Source of the DNA: a virus | Lineage: Duplodnaviria > Caudoviricetes | Strand: one strand, 5' to 3' | IMG/VR virus record: IMGVR_UViG_3300009604_004140 | Span: 1,158 to 65,157 of that record | DNA length: 64,000 nt | Part shown: positions 37,700-45,507 of the stretch, piece by piece | Numbering within the stretch: position 1 is the first letter of the stretch | Layout of the letters: every line of letters begins with the position of its first letter | Made by a program: the position numbers and the translations under genes | Notes under the pieces: model-generated | The model's database searches: none | The model's input: the letters and a program-made list of their open reading frames with translations, nothing else | What the model was told of the DNA's origin: nothing

Positions 37700-38182
37700 T
37701 TAAGGTGCATTTTCCCCAATTTCTTCTGATGAATCAAAGTCATTTTGGCTCTCTTGAATGTAATCAACCATATTCTTTCTCACTTGCGACATTACTGTCC
37801 TGTCTTTGAATAGTTTGGCTATTCCTATGCGAAATCGATAAGGGGTGAAGACATCAATAGACTCTACGCCCTCAACATTAGACATTATGCGATGAAATTT
37901 TGGGGTTATTTTGAAGTTGGTATGGCCCACCCAAAATTTAAAATAGGAACTCGCAAGAGATTGCTCTGTGAGAGGAAGCACTCCAAACGGAGTAAAGATA
38001 GTTTGAATATTTTTAAATTTTTTAAATTCTACTCCAAGCTCTTCCTCAAAGGATATGCCCTGATCTTCTTCGAGGGACTCTTCGTCTAGTAGAACGACTT
38101 CCGTTTCTTCTGGAGTATAGGCATCTATCCACTTTTCCCAATAAACATCATAGCCGCTAGGAACTGGTATTTGTTCATGCAT
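37700..38182 (-). CDS. Hypothetical protein
   Basis: WVGHTNFKIT...GVE...YRFRIGIAKLF. Confidence 0.55.
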   Translation of the reverse strand: MHEQIPVPSGYDVYWEKWIDAYTPEETEVVLLDEESLEEDQGISFEEELGVEFKKFKNIQTIFTPFGVLPLTEQSLASSYFKFWVGHTNFKITPKFHRIMSNVEGVESIDVFTPYRFRIGIAKLFKDRTVMSQVRKNMVDYIQESQNDFDSSEEIGENAP

Positions 38183-38363
38183 TATCTATCCTTCCATGTC
38201 GAGTAATGTAAGCTACTTCATCAATATCAGGATCAATATCTACCATATAAAGACACCGTTTGCACACATAAAGATTGTAGTTTTCCTTTTTAATTGCAAA
38301 TTCAACATCTCTATTGCAAACATTCCCCTTTCCGTCGTCATAATCACAAAATTCAATTACCAT
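38175..38363 (-). CDS. Small Cys-containing protein
   Basis: Start MVIEFC; CKRC. Confidence 0.5.
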   Translation of the reverse strand: MVIEFCDYDDGKGNVCNRDVEFAIKKENYNLYVCKRCLYMVDIDPDIDEVAYITRHGRIDNA

Positions 38364-38766
38364 TCTCGCTGCCTTTAAATCTAAACACATCGGACGGGGC
38401 AATCAAGGGGGCGTCTTCCTCTCTCCTACGCTCTTCCTCCTGTAATTCGCGCATGACATTCCACATCTTGAGGGTGTTTGTATAAAACTTCATTTTCTCT
38501 GGGGAGTCACACCAATATCTTAGACTGTCCGTGAGGAATTGAGTCATCTGCCCGTCGCTAATGTAGCACATAAGCATTCCCAGAACTTCAGCAGATGTGT
38601 TTGTCTCTTCATCTACGTCTAAAATTACATTAAAATCTCCTGTTTCTGAATCCCAGAAAAAATTGATGCATCCAGAAATATGATCAAGGTCTGAAGAAAC
38701 TGACGCAGGAGGGGGTTCCTTCTTTGGTTTTATGAAGCTTTTAAAATATCTTAATAGATCTTTCAT
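38353..38766 (-). CDS. Hypothetical protein
   Basis: 137-aa ORF just downstream of GGGGTATAAT. Confidence 0.55.
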   Translation of the reverse strand: MKDLLRYFKSFIKPKKEPPPASVSSDLDHISGCINFFWDSETGDFNVILDVDEETNTSAEVLGMLMCYISDGQMTQFLTDSLRYWCDSPEKMKFYTNTLKMWNVMRELQEEERRREEDAPLIAPSDVFRFKGSENGN

Positions 38767-38790
38767 GCTATATTATACCCCCTTTTTGCA

Positions 38791-38815
38791 CAAAAAAAGC
38801 CGCCCAAGGGCAGCC
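38791..38815 (-). terminator. Intrinsic terminator
   Basis: GGCTGCCC-TT-GGGCGGC hairpin followed by a T-tract. Confidence 0.65.
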
Positions 38816-38843
38816 ATAAGTTGTCTTTTCTTGTGCTGTTTAT

Positions 38844-39392
38844 TTAAACGGCCTGTAGTTTGGACTGGTCAAAAAAGAACCACCTCTTGTAATGCTCTGT
38901 CTTATCGGCTGAATTTACATGCTCTAAATAGTCGATAAGATCCTCTAAAGAACCGAATATATGCTCGTGAGGAAGCATGAAGAATAGCCAGTTGGGGGCG
39001 CTCTCTTTTCCTTGCTGGCACCATATTAATACAGGCTTTTTTTGGCTATTGGCAGTGGAGATTTCTTCATATGTGCCACAGGCATGAACGTCAATGTCTA
39101 TGCTTGCGACAATAAAATCAGAAATATCTATACAGCGAAGGTCTAAGGTTCTTATGACGCCGTATTCTTTTCTTATTCTATCAAATTGACCAGTGTTTTT
39201 ATAGTGGTCAATTAAATCTCTGCTTCCTTTGCCTTCAATGCCTATTTCTATAGGCTTATTGCAGGGGTCTAAGACAGTAACCCCTAAGTCTTGAAGGATA
39301 GGGGTCATCTTGTTTCTCCATCCTGATCCTCCGTCAGGAACCCTGTCCATAGCTCCAGCTAAATAGGCTCTCATCCCGTTAAGACGGTTCAT
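38844..39392 (-). CDS. Nucleoside 2'-deoxyribosyltransferase / dNMP N-glycosidase-like protein
   Basis: AYLAGAM, DLRCIDISDFIVA, GTYEEI, KKPVLI. Confidence 0.75.
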   Translation of the reverse strand: MNRLNGMRAYLAGAMDRVPDGGSGWRNKMTPILQDLGVTVLDPCNKPIEIGIEGKGSRDLIDHYKNTGQFDRIRKEYGVIRTLDLRCIDISDFIVASIDIDVHACGTYEEISTANSQKKPVLIWCQQGKESAPNWLFFMLPHEHIFGSLEDLIDYLEHVNSADKTEHYKRWFFFDQSKLQAV

Positions 39393-39811
39393 TTGCCAGT
39401 GCTCCCAAAGCCCCCAGAATCTCTTGGGCTTTCGCTCAACTCTTTTGCTTCTTCAAGACAAAGAGGGGACACTTCTTGAAAAATAATCTGAGCAATCCTA
39501 TCATGTCTGTTTATAATAAAATCCTCATCGCCAGAATTGTACAAACAAACTTTAATGGGGCCTCTGTATCCTGCATCTATAACACCAGCAAACACATCAA
39601 TCCCTCCTTTTACGGCGGACCCTGAGCGAGGCCATATTAGTCCCACATGCCCTTCTGGTATCTCCACTTTAATTCCCGTGTCTACTAGGCGTCGTGTGCC
39701 TGCTGAAATGGAACAGTCCTCATTGGCGTAGAGATCCCATCCTGCATCGGACGGATGTCCTCTTGAGGGAAGCGGAATATCTGGGCAAACCTTTTGTACC
39801 TTAATCGTCAT
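39389..39811 (-). CDS. dut: Trimeric dUTPase
   Basis: AGWDL, PRSG, GVIDAGYRG, RIAQ, RDSGGFGSTG. Confidence 0.95.
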   Translation of the reverse strand: MTIKVQKVCPDIPLPSRGHPSDAGWDLYANEDCSISAGTRRLVDTGIKVEIPEGHVGLIWPRSGSAVKGGIDVFAGVIDAGYRGPIKVCLYNSGDEDFIINRHDRIAQIIFQEVSPLCLEEAKELSESPRDSGGFGSTGK

Positions 39812-40874
39812 ATAATATATCCTCTATTTTTTTAGCCGTAGCTTCCCAAGAAAATTCTTTGGCAGTTTTGACACCCTCTTCGTTGACAATTCTTTGCTTG
39901 CCATTATTCTTCCATTCTTGATAAATATTTTTCATGTGGGCAACAAATTTGTCTTCTACTCCTTGGAGAGATGCCCATTCAGCAAAGCCGTTGAAAAATA
40001 TCCCGTCTGTTGCAGGTTCATTTTGAAGAGGCGTTACCAGCATACTATTTTTATCATTGCAAAATTCTGTATGGGCAGAATAGTTCGTAGTAATAACGTG
40101 CTTGCCCGCGCCCATTAGCTCTAAAATTTCTAAGTTCCAGCCTTCTGCTCGGCTTGGAAATATTCCACAGTCTACGGCATTCATTATGGAGGCGACCTCC
40201 GGCTGAGATTGTACTCTGTCGATAAACCTTACTCTTGGGTCTTGCCTGTAAAGGTTTCTCCATTGGGCATCCTGTTCTGGGGAGAGGAAGGTATTGTGGC
40301 ACATCATCCACAGCTCAACATCTGCTTCATTCTTGAACGCTTCTTTAAAAAGGAATATAAGGAGGTCATGTCCTTTTCTTTTTTCCCATTTGCCGCAGTT
40401 GAAAAAAATAAATTTGTCGGAAGGGGGAGGGGTTGCAACAGAGAATATGGAGGTGTCTACCCCAAGTGGAACCGTGTGGACTACAGAAGAAGGAACCTCC
40501 CTTTCTACAATCTCCTTAGCCCACTCTGAGGCAACAATAATTTCATCGCAGGAAGAAAGGTGGGTCTTTCGCGGGGCATCAAATTTATTTACTTCAAAAA
40601 ATGGAAATCCAATAAACTTGCCTTTCCCAATCCTCTCTCCCATCAAATGCTCATGCCATATCTTTAGGCAAGGGGCTGTGCAGTCAAAGCTACCTTGTGC
40701 CTGAATTAACGGAGATATTGAGTCTGCTTCCTGCTGGGAAGAAAAGGAGGGTTGTCCTATTGGGAAAAGAGATATGTTGGCCCCTCGCCTTGAGAGAGAG
40801 CTGCATATATTAATAGAGGCTACCCCGTAACCTAAGTTATTAATAGGAGCCAGTATATTAATATTCCTCGTCAT
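39801..40874 (-). CDS. GT4 glycosyltransferase
   Basis: LGYGVA, PLGVD, GKWEKRKGHD, FPSRAEGWNLEILE. Confidence 0.85.
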   Translation of the reverse strand: MTRNINILAPINNLGYGVASINICSSLSRRGANISLFPIGQPSFSSQQEADSISPLIQAQGSFDCTAPCLKIWHEHLMGERIGKGKFIGFPFFEVNKFDAPRKTHLSSCDEIIVASEWAKEIVEREVPSSVVHTVPLGVDTSIFSVATPPPSDKFIFFNCGKWEKRKGHDLLIFLFKEAFKNEADVELWMMCHNTFLSPEQDAQWRNLYRQDPRVRFIDRVQSQPEVASIMNAVDCGIFPSRAEGWNLEILELMGAGKHVITTNYSAHTEFCNDKNSMLVTPLQNEPATDGIFFNGFAEWASLQGVEDKFVAHMKNIYQEWKNNGKQRIVNEEGVKTAKEFSWEATAKKIEDILYDD

Positions 40875-40956
40875 AGTCCTCTTCTTCTAATTCTAATTCT
40901 AATTCTGTTTCTATGGCAGACCACCAGAACAAAGATTCTAGAAGGATGTCCAACAT
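40858..40956 (-). CDS. 32-aa acidic peptide (not in ORF track)
   Basis: MLDILLESLFWWSAIETELELELEEEDYDEEY; overlaps the GT start. Confidence 0.35.
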   Translation of the reverse strand: MLDILLESLFWWSAIETELELELEEEDYDEEY

Positions 40957-40976
40957 GTCAATACTTAAAAAAAAAA

Positions 40977-41155
40977 TGGAAGGGCAGGGATTACATTTAG
41001 ATTACCTGCAACGTTTCACGGACTGATATGTTAATCCCTTGCGGGATGCCGTTACTTTGTACCACTCACTAAGCCCTCAGTCAGTTGACCCTTGATCCTA
41101 GTGCCGTGTGCCTTGTCCGCTCAGTCTTGCTCGGACTCGTTTTCAGCCACCTTCC
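40977..41155 (-). ncRNA. tRNA-like structured RNA with an expanded cloverleaf (~179 nt)
   Basis: GGAAGG/CCUUCC-A acceptor-like stem; UGGCUGA...GG..AAGGC D-arm-like; CACGG/CCGUG anticodon-like stem enclosing 82 nt; GCAGG/CCUGC T-stem; followed by U10. Confidence 0.7.
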
Positions 41156-41156
41156 T

Positions 41157-41177
41157 AAACGGGGAGCTACCCCGTTA
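41157..41177 (-). terminator. Hairpin between ssb and the tRNA-like RNA
   Basis: AACGGGG-TAGCT-CCCCGTT. Confidence 0.5.
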
Positions 41178-41187
41178 ATAATTTTCT

Positions 41188-41607
41188 TTAAAACGGAGTG
41201 TCGTCTTCCGTTTCCGTAGAAGCCCCTACCGCCACGGGAGCTGCTGCGGTAGCTTGCTCTGCATTCCTCTGTGGGTTGGGATTAGAAGGAGTAAGATTAA
41301 CACTTTCTGCAACCACGGTAAGCTTACTACGCTTAAGACCCTCTTCAGTTTCCCAACTGTTCAACTTGAGTCGCCCCTCAATCATAACATGGCGGCCCTT
41401 TGTAAGCATGGGACTGAGCGTGGCAGCTTGCTTTCCCCAAATAGTAACATCGACAAAAGTAGCGTCTTCCTGACGGTCTCCATCCTTTGTCCAAATGCGG
41501 TTGGAAACCACACTAATGTCTGTAACGGGGGTTCCCGTGGGGGTCTCGCGTAGCTCGCTATTTCTAGTAACCCTACCGGTGATAATAACTTTGTTTACGT
41601 CGCTCAT
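41188..41607 (-). CDS. ssb: Single-stranded DNA-binding protein
   Basis: VNKVIITGRVT, WGKQA, KGRHVMIEGRL, acidic tail EDDTPF. Confidence 0.95.
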   Translation of the reverse strand: MSDVNKVIITGRVTRNSELRETPTGTPVTDISVVSNRIWTKDGDRQEDATFVDVTIWGKQAATLSPMLTKGRHVMIEGRLKLNSWETEEGLKRSKLTVVAESVNLTPSNPNPQRNAEQATAAAPVAVGASTETEDDTPF

Positions 41608-41629
41608 TTAATAAGCTCCTTTAAAATTT

Positions 41630-41857
41630 TTAGACAGACAGCCCACGGTAACGGAGGGCCTTCCGAGTGAGACGCCGTGCATAAGTAGCGCCATGGTTTC
41701 TAACAAGCTGCCTAAACTCACCAGCACCCTCAGAGAATGCAAGTGCTTTGGTGGTTGCGCTAACAGAGGCCTTACCAACAGCAAAGTTGTAAAGTGTCCT
41801 CTGAGACTTTCTCGTCGCCAGCAACGTTGTCCAATTAGTAGTTTCCGCAGTTTTCAT
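41630..41857 (-). CDS. Small basic hypothetical protein
   Basis: Start MKTAET at 41857 with RBS AAGGAAG. Confidence 0.55.
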   Translation of the reverse strand: MKTAETTNWTTLLATRKSQRTLYNFAVGKASVSATTKALAFSEGAGEFRQLVRNHGATYARRLTRKALRYRGLSV

Positions 41858-41888
41858 CAGTCTTCCTTTATAAAAATCCACAAGTAAA

Positions 41889-41932
41889 TAAAAAAGCCGC
41901 TTGACTAAAGGTATTATACCTCGCAAGCGGCG
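41889..41932 (-). terminator. Terminator-like hairpin enclosing a TATAAT box
   Basis: GCCGCTTG-CGAGGTATAATACCTTTAGT-CAAGCGGC-TTTTT. Confidence 0.5.
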
Positions 41933-41959
41933 AAAGAGAAAAGAAAAAAATGGAAATTA

Positions 41960-42586
41960 CTATTTTTTACCATAAAGGAGTTGGATTTTTTCAATGTCGT
42001 CTGCCCGTGGCTTTAAGGCATCATTGATATAGGGGTGCATAAGAGCTGTTTCATCTTCGGAATGGTACAACCCTAGCAAATGCCCTATTTCGTGGGCAGC
42101 AACTGTTCTTAGGATTATTCCACGCTTTTCCTCCGGGAGTATCCAGTTCTCCGCTAAATCAAAGACGGTGAGTAGCTGTCCGTCAAAGTTAAGGTACGGC
42201 GGCATTTGGGCCCATGCCAAAATATCTCCGCTTTTGCCAAATCCTAATTTGCGGCGGCGACTAACGCCAATTATAAAGTCTGCTTCCCTTTGGGAATCAA
42301 CTTGCGAAAAGGCGAGGGGGCATACCTCCGACCAAGACTCGAACGCTAGCTTAAATTGGGAGTCCCAAATTTCTGAATCCATGTCGTGAGTGTCACGACC
42401 CAACATAAAATATGTTAAATGGTTTTTGCCCCACTTATAGGGTTGGATTAGTTTTTTGTTATGGCCCCCCACACCACACCAACAGCGGGGGATTCTTGTG
42501 GCTCCGTTAGTGGTCTCTGTGGAAAAACCAAGGGCGCTTGCTGCCGCCCCATACAATAAAACATTTCGTCGAGATATAAGATTCAT
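41960..42586 (-). CDS. Matrixin (M10) zinc metalloprotease with Tat signal
   Basis: SRRNVL Tat motif; HEIGHLLGLYH; ALMHP Met-turn. Confidence 0.85.
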   Translation of the reverse strand: MNLISRRNVLLYGAAASALGFSTETTNGATRIPRCWCGVGGHNKKLIQPYKWGKNHLTYFMLGRDTHDMDSEIWDSQFKLAFESWSEVCPLAFSQVDSQREADFIIGVSRRRKLGFGKSGDILAWAQMPPYLNFDGQLLTVFDLAENWILPEEKRGIILRTVAAHEIGHLLGLYHSEDETALMHPYINDALKPRADDIEKIQLLYGKK

Positions 42587-42687
42587 GGTGACACCTTGCC
42601 TTTCTTAGCTCAAGATATCAGTAGTCCTTTTATTTAAAATCCCTAGCGCACCACCCTTATATACACAGAAAAAAATGGACTATTGGC

Positions 42688-42720
42688 AAAATAAAAACCC
42701 CCCACTGTGTGGAGGGCTCT
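42688..42720 (-). terminator. Intrinsic terminator
   Basis: GCCCTCCAC-ACA-GTGGGGGGT followed by a T-tract. Confidence 0.65.
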
Positions 42721-42745
42721 ATCTTGACTCACAGATTTCTTTATG

Positions 42746-42874
42746 TTATTCTTTATTTTCTTCCTTAAATCTGAAATAGTCTTCTAGCATATCTTCAACT
42801 TGATCGGCTGCGGTATCAAACGATTCGTAGCTAATCTCATCAACAATACGTTCTGCTAAATCGCGGTATTCCAT
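42746..42874 (-). CDS. 42-aa acidic protein (not in ORF track)
   Basis: MEYRDLAERIVDEISYESFDTAADQVEDMLEDYFRFKEENKE; TAATG coupling to the upstream gene. Confidence 0.55.
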   Translation of the reverse strand: MEYRDLAERIVDEISYESFDTAADQVEDMLEDYFRFKEENKE

Positions 42875-43494
42875 TATTCACCGACCTCTATACCAAACTT
42901 CTTTGCTGCGCTCTTGATTTTTTGCAACGCCGACTTCTTAGCGGAAGCAGGAATGTCGGTTTGTGAAAGTCTTGCGAGGGCATTTCTTACGTGAGCTGCG
43001 TCATGAATGGGAAGGTGTCGAAGGCTGCGGGGAGTTGTCTTGCCCGAAGAATCTTTTTCGCCTCCCGGTGAAATGTAAGCAAAATCAGAGTCGGGTAAGT
43101 CGTTGATCTTTTTTCTGGTCATTTCTTTTGCTTCAATGTCTGTATCGACAGGCACGCACTTCCCGCCCTTTTCTTCGTAGCCGGGGTTGCAATTGGGGGG
43201 ATATCCGGCTTCTTTGTCGGCTCTTGAAAGGGTATCTCTTATGGTAGCTATGACCGCCACTATAGAGGACAGGGGATGTCCGTCGTCATACATAGCATAC
43301 GAGATGAGGGGGATATCATTTTCAGAAATCTCAACTTCTCCCGCAGACGCCATCCTCTGAAATTTCTCTGGGCCCTCAATGGAAATTCCTTGTTGGATAG
43401 CCCTTTTCTTGCCGTCTGGACCAGTATAACACTTACCACTTTTTCCCCACCGCCAACCAGACTTGCCAGAGTCGGTACAGTTTTGTAGGGGCAT
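42874..43494 (-). CDS. Phage multidomain protein with C-terminal LPDSDFA...PIHDAAHVRNALAR domain (DUF6582-like)
   Basis: GWRWGKSGKCYTG N-terminal module; NDLPDSDFAY...LPIHDAAHVRNALARLSQ. Confidence 0.6.
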   Translation of the reverse strand: MPLQNCTDSGKSGWRWGKSGKCYTGPDGKKRAIQQGISIEGPEKFQRMASAGEVEISENDIPLISYAMYDDGHPLSSIVAVIATIRDTLSRADKEAGYPPNCNPGYEEKGGKCVPVDTDIEAKEMTRKKINDLPDSDFAYISPGGEKDSSGKTTPRSLRHLPIHDAAHVRNALARLSQTDIPASAKKSALQKIKSAAKKFGIEVGE

Positions 43495-43496
43495 CT

Positions 43497-43721
43497 CTAG
43501 TCTTCCTTTTTATTTCCAAAGAAGGATTTCTTTTCAGGAGACTTTTTTATTACCCTAGGAGTAAGTTCCCCGGTTTGTGTATCATAATCGTGGGTAGGGT
43601 GAGGGGTATATTTCCTTCCGGCCGCGACTCTCTTGGCTAAGTCTGCCAGAAGAAGATTCGCGTCTGGAATATGGTCGGGGGGGCCATCGTATTCAGGTGT
43701 GCTTTTATGCTTATCAACCAT
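43497..43721 (-). CDS. Hypothetical protein
   Basis: 74-aa ORF. Confidence 0.5.
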   Translation of the reverse strand: MVDKHKSTPEYDGPPDHIPDANLLLADLAKRVAAGRKYTPHPTHDYDTQTGELTPRVIKKSPEKKSFFGNKKED

Positions 43722-43821
43722 TTTTATCTTCCTTTATATATTTAATTTTCTTTTCTGCCTTGGGTTTTGTAGGTTTTGGTGAGGGGGCAGCCTTACCCTT
43801 TCTGGAGGTTTGTCCGGGCAT
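43714..43821 (-). CDS. Small K/P-rich peptide
   Basis: Start MPGQTS at 43821 with RBS AAGGAG. Confidence 0.5.
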   Translation of the reverse strand: MPGQTSRKGKAAPSPKPTKPKAEKKIKYIKEDKNG

Positions 43822-43984
43822 TTTAATTCTCCTTTTGAATTTATGATTTAGGAAAAAGAAGGGGCAAAGAATATGTTTCGAGGCCCTCCATAATTTTAAC
43901 ATACACCGAAAAGTGACCTACATATGAATTAATTTCTAGAGCCTTTGACTATAAGGCAAGACTATAATAAAGCTGGAGGTTCTA

Positions 43985-44674
43985 TTGGATTATAGAGTTA
44001 AAATGAAGTCCTTAGATAAAATTTTTGAAAAAATTCTGCGTGCTCCTCTTCAAGATTTACATGATGACGTATATCTGCTCGATATTATGTGCGAAATTGG
44101 CATCCACAGCACTAAGAAATCGGAGGATTCTTTTATAGAATCGTATCATAGCATTTATGACCGAGGATGCGTAAGCCCAGAGGGGCTTATGATGCAAAAG
44201 AGAATGGAGGCTTTGGAGTTTATAAAATATATTAGAAATAAAAAAATTCAAAGCTACTGTGAGATTGGCGTAGGGAAGGGGGGTCTTTTTATTCTGATGG
44301 TAGCTCTTTTGATGAGATACAACAAAGACTTTCGGTTGTCCGTCGCGGTAGAGCCAAAAGATATAGATCTTGATTTTATAAGTAGTCATTGTGAACTAGA
44401 TTATTTTTGTACGTCTGAGGGTGTGGGTGAGGATGAGGAATTTGATCTATGCTTTATAGACGGAGAGCATACCTACGATTGGGTAAAGAGGGATTGGAAG
44501 GGGGTGGGACTTAAGTCAAAGATTGTCGCTTTTCATGACATCAATCATGAAGCTCTTCCGGGGGTTGTTGGGGGGTGGACAGAGATATCCAGAGAACTCC
44601 CCTCTCTTGAGATAGCCCATCCCCCCTTGGGTGTGATGGGGATAGGTATAGTAATTAATAGAGGGTCTATTTAA
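43985..44674 (+). CDS. Class I SAM-dependent methyltransferase (Methyltransf_24-like)
   Basis: CEIGVGKGG, DLCFIDGEHTY, AFHD. Lone + strand gene with upstream TATAAT (43963-43968) and GGAGG. Confidence 0.8.
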   Translation: MDYRVKMKSLDKIFEKILRAPLQDLHDDVYLLDIMCEIGIHSTKKSEDSFIESYHSIYDRGCVSPEGLMMQKRMEALEFIKYIRNKKIQSYCEIGVGKGGLFILMVALLMRYNKDFRLSVAVEPKDIDLDFISSHCELDYFCTSEGVGEDEEFDLCFIDGEHTYDWVKRDWKGVGLKSKIVAFHDINHEALPGVVGGWTEISRELPSLEIAHPPLGVMGIGIVINRGSI

Positions 44675-44889
44675 TAATCGAAGGGGTCTTGAGTTCTTTT
44701 TCTTTTATTTTTTAATCTCTTCATCTGTGGATGGAGGGACTTTACTGAAATAATCTTAATGTTTTTCTTGGGATTTTCCCACTCAAGACTATTTTCCATC
44801 ATTGACTTCGCCTCTTCTGCGCTGGAAGCCAGCATTTCTTCTTCCTCAGTTTTATTTCCAACCCTGTATTTTACCAAAAACGGATGCAC
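44671..44889 (-). CDS. Hypothetical protein
   Basis: ASSAEEAK motif. Confidence 0.5.
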   Translation of the reverse strand: MHPFLVKYRVGNKTEEEEMLASSAEEAKSMMENSLEWENPKKNIKIISVKSLHPQMKRLKNKRKRTQDPFDY

Positions 44890-45140
44890 TAATTTCTCCT
44901 TAATGAATATCTATTAGGGTCTGATAGGCCATTGTCTAAACGGCTTCTTTCGGTTATGTAATAGCCCTTGTCATCTTTACAAACTGCTTCAGAATGGTGG
45001 AGATGAGCAAGATATAGCTCATCACTTGGTTCCACTTCTTCGGGTTCTACAACCATGCTGGCATGACTACCAAACCAACTCTCAGTAGTTACTATGTTAC
45101 CAGCCTCATGCCCTTTTGGCTTTGGTCTATATTTTACCAT
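44889..45140 (-). CDS. Hypothetical protein
   Basis: 83-aa ORF downstream of the tmRNA. Confidence 0.55.
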   Translation of the reverse strand: MVKYRPKPKGHEAGNIVTTESWFGSHASMVVEPEEVEPSDELYLAHLHHSEAVCKDDKGYYITERSRLDNGLSDPNRYSLRRN

Positions 45141-45162
45141 TTGGATTTCCTTTTTTTATAAG

Positions 45163-45501
45163 TGGAGGCGGCGGGATTCGAACCCGCGTGCTGCCATGCT
45201 TCCATAACCGCTTCTACATGGTTAGTTTATTGTATTTGCACAACAAACAAAGCTATCCGATTATCGGAGTCAGGGTTGCATACAACCATCAGAGATATAG
45301 ATCGAGTATCTCCTTTCTCTATTCGAGTTATCGAAGTCAACACAATTTGGTAAAAGGGCTTGTGTGGCCCCCGCAGCTTAAGCTGCCATTGCTAAACTAG
45401 GTTCGGCAAGTAAAAATTTAGTCAACTTTTATAGTGGCCCGTTGACCAACCACTCCATGCAACTATTATTTCCACATTCAGTCGATGCCAAATTCGCCCC
45501 C
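45163..45501 (-). ncRNA. ssrA: tmRNA, tag (A)AEPSLAMAA
   Basis: 5' GGGGGCGAAUUUGGCAUCGAC; 3' GCGGGUUCGAAUCCCGCCGCCUCCA; G3-U70 pair; tag ORF GCC GAA CCU AGU UUA GCA AUG GCA GCU UAA at 45407-45378; CCA not fully encoded. Confidence 0.93.
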
Positions 45502-45507
45502 CCCTTG

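Noticed and set aside
41022-41103. Group I or canonical tRNA intron in the anticodon loop
   Set aside because: 82 nt is too short for a group I core, removing it does not give a canonical U33/purine-37 loop, and the D and T loops are also abnormal.
45116-45400. + strand ORFs 45116..45400 and 45162..45353
   Set aside because: They are antisense to the tmRNA; MEAAGFEP is the typical reverse-complement T-arm artefact.
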